Shown: positions 1-13,108, numbered from the whole stretch's first letter. The stretch: DNA of 63,726 bases, filler included, from Lenisia limosa (GCA_001655205.1; 9 parts of 9 records of this genome joined end to end with filler, not necessarily neighbours in it); one strand, 5' to 3'. A program made the numbers and translations. The notes: generated by a model from the sequence alone, not told the origin.

Positions 1-99
1 CGGGAGGGGGGCCTGTGTAGGGTTAACATGAGAATAAAAGATAAAAACCATCCACACTTAGTTAGCTCTATCCAGATATTTATTATCCTTCAGCATACT

Positions 100-192
100 T
101 AGGGTTTCTCTATGGTCCGAAAAAGCCCGTAAAAATATCATCGAGGAATTATCGAGAAATTTGGTCTTTTTTGGGACCGTAGGGAAGCCCAA
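100..192. mobile_element. MITE-A copy (diverged)
   Basis: TAGGGTTTC..GGGAAGCCCAA flanked by GCATACT on both sides. Confidence 0.8.
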
Positions 193-430
193 GCATACTC
201 CCCCCCCCCCCCANNNNNNNNNNNNNNNNNNNNNNNNNNNNNNNNNNNNNNNNNNNNNNNNNNNNNNNNNNNNNNNNNNNNNNNNNNNNNNNNNNNNNNN
301 NNNNNNNNNNNNNNNNNNNNNNNNNNNNNNNNNNNNNNNNNNNNNNNNNNNNNNNNNNNNNNNNNNNNNNNNNNNNNNNNNNNNNNNNNNNNNNNNNNNN
401 NNNNNNNNNNNNNNNNNNNNNNNNNNNNNN

Positions 431-3094
431 NAATGGAAAACATATGCTAATAGTCAAAGTCGTTGTCAAGAAGAAGCCAAGCCCACATGGTAAAACAGTA
501 TTTGAAGAGGCGACGAAGCTGAGGGCCCCGGCAAAGATCGAGGGATCTACTGAGGGTGACGTGGCAGGCGGCGTTGATACTGAGTCAAGCAGGGCTGCGG
601 GGTTATGCCGGTGTGATGGGAACATATAATAGGACGTGGGGCTTACCGGGTACACCTCCGGGAGCAGAAGCATTTGGTCCGCTCGGCAGTAAACGGCTTA
701 AAAGCTACCACGTCAGCATGAGGTAAATGATAGGACAAACGCTATTGACCTCCTACCTTAGAGGCCTTGTCACCAATTGCTGCGTTGTCAACAGCAGTCA
801 ACTCCTTGATCGACTCAGGGTCTTCAATGAAGAAGTCGCAGACAAATTGTCTGTTGGCATGGGGGCGTGCGCAGAGCCAGTCAATCACGTGCAGAGATTT
901 CTATATGTGTCAATAAAATACGATCTATATAAAACATGTAGATATAGCATACCACCATGTCATATCATAAAATAATATTAGTATATCAGATATGTACTAT
1001 CAGATAGTACATATTACCTTGGCAATACTCAATAAATATTCCTGTAGCATATCACAGTTCTTTTTCAACTGCCACTCACCATGCAAGTAATAGGAGTCAT
1101 GTAGTCCAGACGTCTCTCCAGTGCTTCACACACGTATTCAGTCTCAAGTTCTTCTCCCAACTTCTTGATAAGGCCTTGAATTTCGCTGGGTTTCGGCATC
1201 GACCGTCCACCTGCAGAATAATTAGATAGGATGACACAATAGACCACAAATACCAGTTATTTCCAACCCACTTTCTTGGGTCAGTCTCAACACTGCCTGG
1301 TTCTCCAGGAGCCCCGTGCTCTTGGCAAGAGTGGACTCTCCGAAAGTCAATCCCGTCCCGAGGGCACCCGGCGCCGCCTTGGCTGGTTCCTGGTTCGTCC
1401 CCTGCGGCGCGTATCTAAATGCCATTCAGCCCAGAGAAACTCAAGCTCTCCTTCATGTCCAATCATAAGAAGAATGGCCAGAGAGCCCGGCATACCTTGG
1501 GTCAGAGACGATGGTGTCGGCGGGGTTGGTCAGCACCGGGGGCTCCATTTCAGCTGGGGTATCGTCGTCATCAGCCCATCCTCCGCCGGGTCTGCAAATG
1601 TCAAAATGCCTCCAAGGTGTCGTGGGAAACAAACCTTCCGTTGACGTGCTCTTTCTCTGTCAGGCTGGGCTGGTTCATGCCTTGCGAATAATCGCCACTA
1701 GGTGGCAGGTTGGCAGGTTGGACCGCAGTGTTACGCATCATGGCCTTCTTTCGGTCAAGCTCGAACTTGCTGGCTGCCTTCGCTAAAGAATGTCAGCGGT
1801 GTCCATAATTCAATCTTTAAAAAACAAGGTGCTTACGGGAAGCAGTCTGGAATGCAGGGTTGCCAAAGCCGCCAAATGACGACGTCGCATTTGCTGAAGA
1901 AACCCCACCTGACTTTGAATCTGTCTCAGCTGGGTGGGGGGTAAAGGGGGGAAATGAAAGTTAGTGAGAGTATGTACATAGAATGTGAAATAATTTTAAA
2001 ACAATCTGTGATATTATACTTCTCCATCATATCAAATTCGGAACTAGGAATCAAAAAATAAAATAGATAATAAAAATAATTGAGCAGCAAAAAGAATTTT
2101 AATTGGAGTAAAGATAGCAATCGCTCACTAAACACGCAAAAGCAAAGCAAATAGTATCCAAGAAGGAAACTTTAAGCATGTTATACACAAGAACTAAATT
2201 GGTACCCCATTTTACTATCCTCAGTTCCATACTTTCCTCAACACATGAGATCCCATACCTGAAAGCGAAGCAGACTGCACCGAAAGCCCTGGAGTTGGTT
2301 CGGATTTGTTGGTGATGGAACTGAAGGTCCCTCCGTCTGAACCCAAACCACCCATTCCGCCAGATTCTTCCCATTTGGTCTTTTGGTTGTTGACACTGAA
2401 AAGCATCGGTGTCAGAGCCTGTGCGAGGGTCAGACAGCACACCCAAAGAGACTCTCACCTCAGCCTCCTTCCTGACGTCAGCGTTGAAGGCGTCACCATG
2501 AACCGGATCCTGGGGTCCATGGAACACTAAAATGTCAATCTCTGTTATCTATTGTATTTTCATAAGCCTTGTGATTGTCATCCGTTCACTTGATGCTTCT
2601 TTCAGTTCTGCTGTGTGTTCGCGAAGGTCAAGATGGAATTGCATGTGTCCTTTCTGAATGAGGTGCTTCATCATTCTCAAAACCTAATTTGTCATCCATA
2701 TCTCCTCAAAGTATCAGTTAATATTGGTTTTGGGAGAAACGACCATTTATTGAAAAGATAAACGTGTGCGTTGATAAATCCATGAAACCAACCTTGACTT
2801 TGATAAGGGGAGAAGGTTTTTGCAAGCGCTTAAGGAGATACAAAAGGCAGTTACTGCATGACTCTTGTGATTTAAACGTGATTTCTACACAAAGGTTAAG
2901 AGGAAATGCTTGCAGAATGAAAAAAAATATAATAATCCGACATACTGCAAACATCATTATACACAAAACCAGCAGAGGGATTCTGGTCATCTGAAGTTGC
3001 TTTCAGGATTATCTGGTGGAATGAGAGCTAAGCCAACGTGGAGGCAAACCTGGTTATCCTTCTGATTCTCGATAATGCGCTTGGCCTTATCCAT
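431..3094 (-). CDS. TEPSIN: Tepsin (AP-4 accessory ENTH/VHS protein); 3' end lost in N gap
   Basis: Spliced translation MDKAK..IILKATSDDQNPSAGFVY..SQESCSNCLLYLLKRLQKPSPLIKVK..LRMMKHLIQKG..FHGPQDPVHGDAFNADVRKEAE matches the tepsin ENTH (KGTSDD..PGY; GPPDPLHG..KVR). A second folded domain (PKPSEIQGLIKKLGEELETEYVCEALERRL..KSLHVIDWL) follows a low-complexity linker. Confidence 0.85.
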
Positions 3095-3270
3095 TTTGAC
3101 CCCCTGGTAAGAAAAATGCTATTAAGCAGCTTAAATAACCAAAAAAAGCACCTATTTCAAAAAAAATTGCCTGTTTATGTAGTAAGATCTATGGGGTTTA
3201 TATCTTTATTGCGAAAGGTGTTGTAACGTGGTAACTGTCACTGCCTGAACTGTTACTTATAGCTCCCAAG

Positions 3271-4898
3271 ATGATCCCAAGTCTGGCTACTCATCTGCGG
3301 TTAGGATTCCAGGTATGGCTGTCTACCAATACAACAGTACTTGTACATCATCAACCTGGTGCTTTTTTGTTGTCGTCATTAATTTATTGTGCACTAACAA
3401 TTTTAGAGAACCTTCTCAACAGTTAGCTCTTCCACAGTGGGTGTTTGTTGGAATCGTTTTTGTTAACCATCTTAGCCACTGCGGATTCTCTTTGGAAGTC
3501 AAGGGGGCAATGCTGAGTATTTTGGAGGTTGGTTCTATTCAACTGGGTCCACCTACCAACCTTTCTTTCTTCTTTTCTTTCTTTCTTCTGTTATTTTTTG
3601 TTTGTTTTTTTTGGCAAAATCATTGGAGGGTGTTCTTTAAAACTCTTAGAGAACTTCTTTTCACCATGTAGACATGATGAAGGAGCATTGTGATGAAGCT
3701 TCCATCCCTGCAGACGTCATTGACCTGAATGACTGTTTGGGGGGGGGGGGTAAAAAAGCAAATCATTTTGAGGATTTATATATTAGTATTACTTTTGGAG
3801 TTGAATTTATATGACATGCCTTTTTTTACACCGCAGTTGACTGCAGCTCTCTGGCTGACAACAATGAGCTTGTTATCTTTATGTCCTGTTTGGGGGAGGG
3901 GGGTATTGCTGTAGTTGGAATTTTTTTGGTTTATGATGCAGGCGCGGCGAAGGGAGAGCCCCCGTTCTCGGCAAAGGAATTTATGGCGCATCTGGAGAAG
4001 GAGGAAGGAACCCCTTTTCAAGGAAAAACTTGCACTGTTTGTCGACAGGACATAACAAATATCATATTATATTATATTATATCATATTATATCATATATG
4101 CATATCATATCATATCATATCGATATTTAGTGGGGTAAATACAAAAAAAATTAACTATCCATCAAAGTGGAGGCACGCAGAAAGCTGTGTGCACAGAGTT
4201 GTAAGGCAAATGATTGGGTGAATTAATATTATTCTAATATTCAATATCTCTTATCTGCGTGATGGTATGAACAGCTTCGGCCTGACAACCTTGTTTTTTT
4301 TTCTCATTTCTCTATATCCAAGGCAAATGATTTATATTATACTATAATTCAATATCTCTTATCAGCGTGATGGTATGAACAGCTTCGGCCTGACAACCTT
4401 GTTTTTCTTCTCTCATTTCTCTATATCCAAGACAAATGATTAATATTACAAGGCAAATGGGTGAATTAATATTATATACTAGAATCCAATATCTCTTATT
4501 ATAATCAACTTAAGGCAACGATCAGAGTTTTCAATTCTACCCCATGCTAGTTGGTGAAATGACAAACATTTGTTCCATCTGGTCCGATATATAATTGTTC
4601 TTGATAATCATATCATATTGGTAGCTGCTGACCCTTCAGGTTTTCGGTCTTGGGAACAAGAAGACCTACCCCGACACTTTCAACGTTATTGGCAAGAGAG
4701 TTGTTGAGAGAATGGAATGCCTTGGTACACATAGCAGAATCCCACATGTGATGGGTAGGCTGGATTTGTTTCTTCTGTTGCTAATCTTATTTGCCATTGG
4801 TATGACGGTTGCAAGGTGACGAGAAAGCACCAGGTGGATTAGAAAAGGCTTTTGATGGCTTCGTTGAAGACTTTATTCAAAATGTCAAGTTGGAGTAG
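3271..4898 (+). CDS. Stand-alone flavodoxin (CPR-type FMN-binding domain) with putative mitochondrial presequence
   Basis: Exons give MIPSLATHLRLGFQ|RTFSTVSSSTV..PLRILFGSQGGNAEYFG..ADVIDLND..GEPPFSAKEFMAHL..VFGLGNKKTYPDTFNVIGKRVVERMECLG..GDEKAPGGLEKAFDGFVEDF..KLE*. All flavodoxin_1 motifs are present, then a stop. Confidence 0.8.
4169..4500 (+). repeat. Repeat family B, full copy plus tandem partial duplications, in the flavodoxin intron
   Basis: GGCACGCAGAAAGCTGTGTGCACAGAGTTGTAAGGCAAATGATTGGGTGAATT..CAATATCTCTTA..CGTGATGGT..GCTTCGGCC..TTCTCATT. Confidence 0.9.
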
Positions 4899-4989
4899 TG
4901 TTTTGTGTTTGTAATTGTGTATGTTTCCTCTTTATTTTTCTCTCTGTTTCTGTTGTTTCAATGGTATGTTATTATTCGATTTACACATC

Positions 4990-5089
4990 TAGGGCTTCAC
5001 TTCGGTTCGAAAAATATCTTTAAAATATCGATCATTTTCGAAGATTTTTCGAGAAATTCAGTCTTTTTTCGAAACAAAGTGAAGCCCTA
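4990..5089. mobile_element. MITE-A copy (100 bp)
   Basis: TAGGGCTTCACTTCGGTTCGAAAAA..TTTTTTCGAAACAAAGTGAAGCCCTA. Confidence 0.9.
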
Positions 5090-5117
5090 CACATTACACT
5101 CGAAGAAATGTATTATA

Positions 5118-8100
5118 CATCACCCAGAATAAATAAGTTTTTAACACTACCTTCTTGATCTAAGTGGTCAGTTGTGAGCAGACAGAAATGCCACCATCCA
5201 AGCAATAACAGTGAACCCAGCTCACCGTTTAGACATTGAAGACCCGGACCGGTTCTTTTTGGACACTGCTGGTTCCGGAGTATTCCGTGCAGAGTCCAGT
5301 TCAGACTGAAACATATAAGACCAATGCTGTCATATTTCGATTCCAGCTTTTTCCATTTTAATAATAAATAGCGTCCCACCCACCGCTTCAATCAAAATGT
5401 CAGGATCATGCTGGAAAATGAGATACACATATAGGACTCTTCCAAAAAGACACAAAAGAAAGCGCATACCCTGTTCTTCAGCACCATAAGAATGGCCTCC
5501 TTTTCTTCTTCAGGGATCTCAACATAACCCAACTGCGAGTATTGGCCGTCGAAATAGAAGTTCGTCAAAGCTGAAGATAAGTTCAAATCCGTTATAGCAC
5601 ACCTTTCCACTCTATATCATTCAAGATGACCCCCCCACCTTCATTCGAGTCAACTATTTTCACGAAGTCAGCCTGAGATCGGTCATCCAACAAGTTACCG
5701 CAGAGGTTTAGTACTTGCAGTGTTCGGTTTCCTGTAACGTCAACATATCATTATTACGGTAACAATCTCAAGGTAACCAGAACCGTATTATATATAGGAA
5801 GGAAACAACATAAAGTAACGTAACGAGTCATACGTACCTATTTTATACCAGAAAACAGAGAAAAAAAAAAAATCAAAGAAACAACATGATATCATACGGT
5901 GAAATTATTTTATCAGTGCAATCATAAATTTGAAAACTCGGGCAACTCACCTTGGTTATAAAAAGCACCATCAATCTCAAGAAGCCCGGTTGTAATGTAG
6001 GATGGAGAATTGCTAGGGGTTTCAGGCGTTCTAGGGGGTCAAAAAAAGACATATACAAAGTAAGAGAAAAAAAAGTGAAGTACTAGGTGTGAAATACCAC
6101 AACTTACAATGGGGGTGCCATCTCGGATATGGTAAGCTTGCTAGCATTGTGTGTCAGGACTTTAATACTACATAGTGAGGCATTGAATCCACACCACTTG
6201 CTTACTCCTTGCTCGAAGGCTTTCTCTTACGGTCTGTCGTCTTCTTGTCGGGCTTCTTGTCTGAAAGGATAAACGCAGACCATGAGACATTCAAGAAAGG
6301 AAAGCTGCACTATCAAAGAGGAGTATCAAAGGGTCCACCTTTTGTCTTGAGGCGAGAGCTGCGTTTGGCTTTTGATGCGTCGTTCTCCCGGGCTTCAGCA
6401 GTCAATTTGCGCAATCTATTTGGTCAATTTCTTGATTCACACTTGTGTTACACAATATCCACCAACTTTTGCCTTCTACGCTCCACAACTTCTGCCTTGG
6501 ATAAATGGTAGTACGACATAGCCTGTAGCGTAATAGGGTGCTTTACAGAATTGAACGCCCATTGATTGGACAAGTTGTACAATGAAACTGAGGTCAAGAC
6601 AAAATAAGAATCAAGAGTATACATGGAAGTAAAAAAAACGTAAGTAGAGTTATTTCTTCCATATACCCACCAAAGAGATATTGTGGACGGACTCGTAAGT
6701 TAAACGGTTGTGGAAGAGGGAAAGGGAGGCTGAAATGTTAGCTGGCCCCAAAAAAATAAGTCTCACTTAAAGTGGTATTGGATTTGAGGAGTAGAGCAAT
6801 AGCGTCACCCGTTTGATCCGAAAGCAGGTTGTTGTTGAAGTTTAATGACGTGACCTGAATATCACTACCATAGTCTTATTTGAATCACAAGTAACCCAAT
6901 CTTCTCACAACTGCCGCGCTCTGTTACACAAACCTGTGGGAAGATAGTTTCAAAGGTTGTGAAAAACTGCTTGCCATCTAAAAAATCAGAGGCGAGGGTT
7001 TGAAAGCAGTTTTTTAAAAAACTATGATATTTTACTTTGTAAATTCTGGTCAGCTTTTCGAATTATACATTAGGGTTTTGAGCAAACATAAAGGGGTGAA
7101 TGAAAGCGATCATGTATAAACTTTGCACTGAAGTGGGGAGTCATACCTTCATCAGAAATCATATTGCCTTGAATAGAAAGCGTGGTCATGTTCCAAGAAT
7201 CGTCCTCCTAGAAAAATGAGCAAGAGCACAACATCTCCTCTCAACACAGCACATTACCTCAGGGGCGGAGTGGAGTAACTTCGTCAAGTTTACAGGGCGG
7301 GCTGGAATATCTTCTTCCTCCTCCTCCTCTTGGTCTTCTTCCTCCTCGTCGTCATTATCACTTGCCTCTTCTGCCACTTTATTTGATTCGGTGTCACTTT
7401 TCGGGGCTTCTTCCCCTTCAACAGGCGTTGCAGGCCTTCCAAGACTTGCCTACACCATCACCAACTATCTCAACAAACCATGCTAGTAACAGGTTCCACA
7501 ATATTAGTGACAGTGACTTCGCTTGGTGCTATCAGGCCTGAAAGATGTGAAAAAGCACAAAACATAACAAACTTTCTTGCCTCCTTGCCTCCTCATCTCT
7601 ATCACCGTTCGTGCGGATTGTGATCTAAAAAAAAAAAAGATAAAAGAAGGGTATGAGAAGGAAGCTTACCCAGTCTAATGACAGGGTCCGGAAAGGAATC
7701 TCCGAAATGAGCATCAGAAACTCATCGAAATGGATCTGGCTTGGAAACTCCACGTTATGGAGCCTAAAAAGTAAAGAGAACGCAAACTGTTATAAAGGTT
7801 ACAGGACACCGAAAGAAGAGGAAAAATTATCAAACAAGAAGGCTGCCCATTTACGTTACAGCAGAGATTCCGGCCGCGTCACCAAGACACAAAGACAGAC
7901 ACTTGAGGGTTCCCCTGTCTAGACTGTAGTTCCGAATCACTAGTTCAGAAATGTGCTGCATAGTCAGAAAAAAGGAAACCAGATTGGATTGCGGGGATGA
8001 ACATACAATTCAGCCGATATCCCAGAACCTCCTACCGGGGCATCGGGAACAACAAAAGGCCGAAGTGTGTTTTCAACAAGAGTTGCACTTTTCTTCATTT

Positions 8101-8707
8101 TACCACTTTTGGAGTGTTTGGCTGCAACAATAAACAATTGCGCTGTTGTCTTCAAAAAAAAAATCAATTCTGAGCAATAGAGCCCCAAAACCGCTGATAG
8201 TAGTTGCAGTAGATGCCCATTACAAAACCAACCTCTTGACGTGAGCGGGGCTTCCTTCTTTTCCTCGACAATGGGAGGGGGCGNNNNNNNNNNNNNNNNN
8301 NNNNNNNNNNNNNNNNNNNNNNNNNNNNNNNNNNNNNNNNNNNNNNNNNNNNNNNNNNNNNNNNNNNNNNNNNNNNNNNNNNNNNNNNNNNNNNNNNNNN
8401 NNNNNNNNGCAGCATAATCCATCAACAAATTTCCAGTGTTGTTGTATGGGTCTGACGATGTTAACAAATAATGACACTGTAGATAGGGGGGCGAATGTGA
8501 ACCTACTCTGAGAAGACACCCAATTCCTACCAAAACTCTCAGGCTTAGACTTCTCAAAGAGAGCTTCATTATCTGCCACTAAATAAAGTAAGGAAGAAAA
8601 GAGAAGTGGGTAGTACCATTCCAAATGTTCGGTTCTGGAGTTGGTTGGAAGAGGTCTTCGGGAGTCTGTGGAGGGTCAACCACCTCCACAAGCGGAACTT
8701 TTGGCAT
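5118..8707 (-). CDS. LRRC71: Leucine-rich repeat protein, LRRC71-like
   Basis: TGNLLMDYA, VIRNYSLDRGTLKCLSLCL, LNFNNNLLSDQTGDAIALLLKSNTTL, YHLSKAEVVERRRQKL and NRTLQVLNLCGNLLDD resemble, from memory, LRRC71 segments (..THTEVVERRRLL). 3' boundary approximate. Confidence 0.62.
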
Positions 8708-8962
8708 ATTTATAATAGATATGTGGTTGTTGTTGTTTTGATAAGTGGGAGAGGGGCGAAAAGCGAAAAAAACTGATAAAAAGGTAATCAAAGTCAGGGG
8801 GTTTATATACCTTTACCTTTGTTTCTGGAAAAGCCTCTCCTGAGCCTCTTTTCCCTTTATTTAAAGAAGGAAGTATTTGAAGAAGAAAGATCTAACTATT
8901 TTATGGATTGAGTTGATCGTTGTACGTGTCGCCCATCTGTTCAAACCATTTGTAACGCAACA

Positions 8963-10926
8963 ATGTTAGCTCGAACGATATGCCAGTTTATTTGTTTGCT
9001 TCTTTTGGTAAACTTCTCCATTGCAAAGGTTTGAGCCCTCAAATGTCAAATGTCCACCCTAAATTTATATTTTCTTCCAATCTGTAGCTCATCTCAATTT
9101 CCATTCTAGGTTTATACAGGAGCTGATCTTCAAGCCAAAAATGGCTGGAAGTTCTTTGAACAGTATCAAAAGGTAACAAAATCAATTTTAATGAATAAAA
9201 AATGTGTTTTTTTATGAGAATATGAAGCAACAAAAATTATTAGAAAAAAGTTGGAGAATTGGCTGTGACAGTGTAGATTGGCATTCTTGCTAACCCCACT
9301 GCTACGGTCCAGCCCGAAATGACACACGTTGTGGATTCAATGGTTTCAAGAAATGTTGATTTGGTGGCGGTATTTGCTCCAGAACACGGCTTCAGGGGTG
9401 ATTTACAGGTTTGTTTGTCAAGGATTTACATCTAGGATGGACTTGGTGATGATAAACCTTATGTTGACCAAAAGACGGGGGTCAAGGTCTTCCCCACGTA
9501 CGGAATCAAGTTAGACAAAATAAAGGAAGTAGGGCGTGCTATACCATGTCTAACTTCTAGCGTGTCATTGAATCGAATATCAGGGCGTTTGTTTTCGATA
9601 TTCAGGACGCTGGTGTGAGGTTTTACACCTTCATATGGTCTCTCTACCAAATGATGGAAGTCTGTGATGATCTTAATATTCCTGTTGGGGGGGGGGGGGA
9701 TAAGNNNNNNNNNNNNNNNNNNNNNNNNNNNNNNNNNNNNNNNNNNNNNNNNNNNNNNNNNNNNNNNNNNNNNNNNNNNNNNNNNNNNNNNNNNNNNNNN
9801 NNNNNNNNNNNNNCCAATCTGTTTCCGGCCCAGTTATCACTAATCACCCGTCGTTTGTCGGCCTTAAGTCCATTGCCATTGTATGCACTTGGTGGCCCAG
9901 TTCAGAGTGTCACTTCGTTGCCTAAACTAAATATTGCTGTCAATTTACCATTTACGGTGTAGCAACATGGTATGACTGTTGGGGAGTTGGCTCAATTCTT
10001 CAACTCACAATTCCTTGGAGATCGCTTGAACGTTTGTTCATTTTCTGGGTTTAACGGCACAGGTTGAAGTAATCAAAATGTCTGGCTGGAACAGAGGGAT
10101 GACCTTTAGTGAGACTGGTCTCAACTGGGTGCCCACCTCTCCAAACAGTAAGTCTTTTTTATTATTTTGACATTAACACGTAGTTCCGACCCCCGAGGTG
10201 TGCCAAATATATGCCGGCACAGGCTTCATTGAGGCCACACTGGTTTCCGAGGGCCGTGGAACAACTCTTCCGTTCAAGACTTTTGGGTGGGTCTTTACTA
10301 CTTGCTCGCTCTTATGTCTTTCTCAAAGCTAACAGTACAGGGCCCCCCAATACTACAATAATTCGTTTGTGGATACACTTTCTCAGTACTTGAAAGACAT
10401 TGAACATGTGACTGGAAAAGTATGCTCAGTATGTTGGTTAACAGTTCAGATCACTCTCAGGGAAGACTACTTTATTCCCGTGTTTTCCAAACATATTGGC
10501 AAGTTGTGTAGAGGTGTCGAGGCTTACGTTGATGGTAGTCTGTAAGAGGGAAATGAAATTTGTCAGGTAGTTGGAATATTAAAAACTATTGTTTTTCTCT
10601 TACTTATATGATATGCACATCTGCTTTTTTTGTTTATTACATGCAAGAGATGACATGACCACATTTGGTGTTGCCGTTCTCTCTGCCCTGAGGAAACACT
10701 GGCCGGAAAATGAGCAGTTTTGGAGAAGCGACAATTGGATTGGATACCTCAGTGGTTGGTTGGGTTTGGAATGACAACGCTTCAAAGCGGCCGAAATAAC
10801 AGTGTAGGCGTGGACTATATCCAACCAATGGTAGAGAACGGGTCACACCCACTCGATATCCGCGCACAATGGACGGAGGAATTGCTCAAGTTCAAGGCTG
10901 TCAGAACAAAGTTTCTCCTTTATTAA
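8963..10926 (+). CDS. namZ: DUF1343 / GH171 exo-beta-N-acetylmuramidase (NamZ) homologue with signal peptide, about 10 introns
   Basis: [22 protein letters not shown]|[128 protein letters not shown]. These are the DUF1343 hallmark motifs, split by GT-AG introns. Confidence 0.92.
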
Positions 10927-11006
10927 TTTAATTTATTCTGATTTGACACATTGGTTATGAAACAGTTCATTTTAAATAATCTGACCTAGACATTACAATT
11001 ACATAT

Positions 11007-13108
11007 TTAGACTTTCTCCTTACTTTCCTCCTCACTTTCCTTTTNNNNNNNNNNNNNNNNNNNNNNNNNNNNNNNNNNNNNNNNNNNNNNNNNNAATAAA
11101 TGGGAACGTATGGAGGAACTTCCCATAAAATATCTCGAAATATGTGTTTATTTTTGAAACCAAGCGAATAAAAAAGCCAAGTGTGAGGGGAGCTCAAAAA
11201 CAAACCTGTGTACGACTTATTTTGTTGTCAGGGACCTTTAATCTCTCGGAAACATCAGCCTTCATAATTTTCATCTCACGCACCACGCGCTAATCAGTCA
11301 AGGAAAGTAAAACTCTCCCCAGTAAATTCAGTAATGGAGACCGAATTTGAATGGCACTGTTCTCACCTCAAATTCCTGACAGTCGAAAGAGAGAACTGAA
11401 GCCTTCCTTTTGAGCTGTTGAGCCTGGATAATTTCTTCTGTCAGCGGCTGGCCGTTGTATTCTGAAGATGTGAGCAGATCAAACGTGGAAACACATGTTG
11501 GTTGAGCTCGATAGCAATATGACGAATGAACTCTGAAGATGTAGCGATGTGAATTGAAAGCAGGTTGTATCTGAACCCCGTATACCCCAGACTGGCTCCT
11601 CATGCTCCTGTGAATCATTGATACCTACAATTCCATCCTGAAAGAGTGAGCACAACAATGTACTAATTAAGATATCGACTTACTGCATCCCATTATTCTT
11701 CTTGTGGAATGGAGAGAGTAGGAACAAACCTTCACTGAAAAAGAGAGTCTGTAGAGGTTTTCAATAGTCTCACCAAAGTTGTTAGGATTAATCTGAAAAA
11801 TAAAGAAAAAAAATAGAAGAAGCAAAAAAAACAAAAAAAAAAACAATGTCACAATGCCACACGTTGTGGTCCTCCTACCATATTACGGAAGAATCCTTTT
11901 CTTTTATCTCTGAGCACCTTGCGAACTGCCTGAAGGCTGCCAGAATTTATGTCCTCATGTTCCTCTTTTTTCTATTCGATCAGACCCAACTAAGTTTTAA
12001 AAGAAGGAATAGCAAGTTGCACAATGAAAAAGCTGAATTTCTTCCCCTCAGCTTTCCCATGTAGTGGACAAATACCTACCGCTGAGGGTTTTGTAGCCTC
12101 GCCGATTTTGCTCTTCAGGCGAGCCTTTGACACTTTCCTAACTCGCGGGCCAAGCGAAAGCGAACCAACACTGGGGTATAATGATTGATTTATATCATAA
12201 GATAACTGAAATAGTAAAGAATATGGATGAGTTTAGTCACATTTGGCATACCATATATAGCAATGAGAAATAAAAAATAAGGCCGAAGCCTCCACACCAT
12301 CACGCTTATAAGAGATATTGGATTATAGTATAATATAATTCATTTGCCTTACAACTCTTTGCACACAGCTTTCTGCATACCTCCCAAGCATATAGGTACT
12401 TGAACTACTGGCATAATGATTAAACCCACATTGTATCACAGACGGGGGGTCTCCTGAACATTGGGTAAATATGGTCAGCAAATTTGGCGTAGCCTTGGGC
12501 AATATGGGGTCCCTATAACGGTCAAAACAAATTCCCAACGCCGCCGCGACTTACCGTCAGTCGAACACAAGCATCATCACACAAGTTGGAGTTGAAGTAG
12601 TCTTTCTCAAAGTTTGCGACAAAGTCCTCTGTGATTGTTACTGAGTCCAAAGTTTGGTGAGCGAACCGAAATTCAGCGTCTTCGTGCTTGTTTTGATGTT
12701 GTCAGCCTTGTCGGAAGCAATCGAGGCGGCAGTTGTCAGGAAGTTGGCATGATTCTCATACTCACGGAAATTGGCGTTGGATTTCACTGTAGTGTCATGT
12801 CCACCCTCAGCTCTCTTTCCTTTTGAAAAAAAAAAACCTATCCCATTTGAGACAACACCACATACATTTTCTAAAGTCTTTTGAAGATTTGGCGATAATC
12901 TCAATGAGCTCCGTATTCCTAGGGTTTGCCATTTCGGTCTTATTCTCTATAATATCAATAAAAACAACATTTCTCGAAACTAACCCAAGATGGATCGCGT
13001 AGCATCAAGACTTTTTTGGCGGAAAATGGCACGTTGGTTGAACTGCTGGAACTCCGCACGCCGGCTCTCAATGATGTCCTTTTGTTCTTTTTCAGGATCT
13101 TTTGCCAT
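11007..13108 (-). CDS. NSE4: SMC5/6 kleisin subunit NSE4
   Basis: FFRNMINPNNFGETIENLYRLSFSVKDG matches Nse4_C (V.nP.sF.qTvEN.FylSF.vrdG). Also EYENHANFLTTAASIASDKA and SVGSLSLGPRVRK. Confidence 0.8.
12254..12392 (-). repeat. Repeat family B, in NSE4 intron
   Basis: Reverse complement of the family B consensus. Confidence 0.9.

Noticed and set aside
4169-4318. Family B as a canonical C/D or H/ACA snoRNA
   Set aside because: Only imperfect C-box-like words (ATGATT, GTGATGG); CTGA is not conserved across copies; no clear H/ACA layout. Kept only as an unassigned structured repeat.
4990-5089. MITE-A as a CRISPR repeat, tRNA or SINE (contains GGTTCGAA, B-box-like)
   Set aside because: Copies are dispersed with TIRs and TSDs; no spacer array, cloverleaf, A-box or complete B-box.
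8963-10926. NamZ as bacterial contamination
   Set aside because: Interrupted by GT-AG introns with the local G-run signature and contiguous with LRRC71-like and NSE4.
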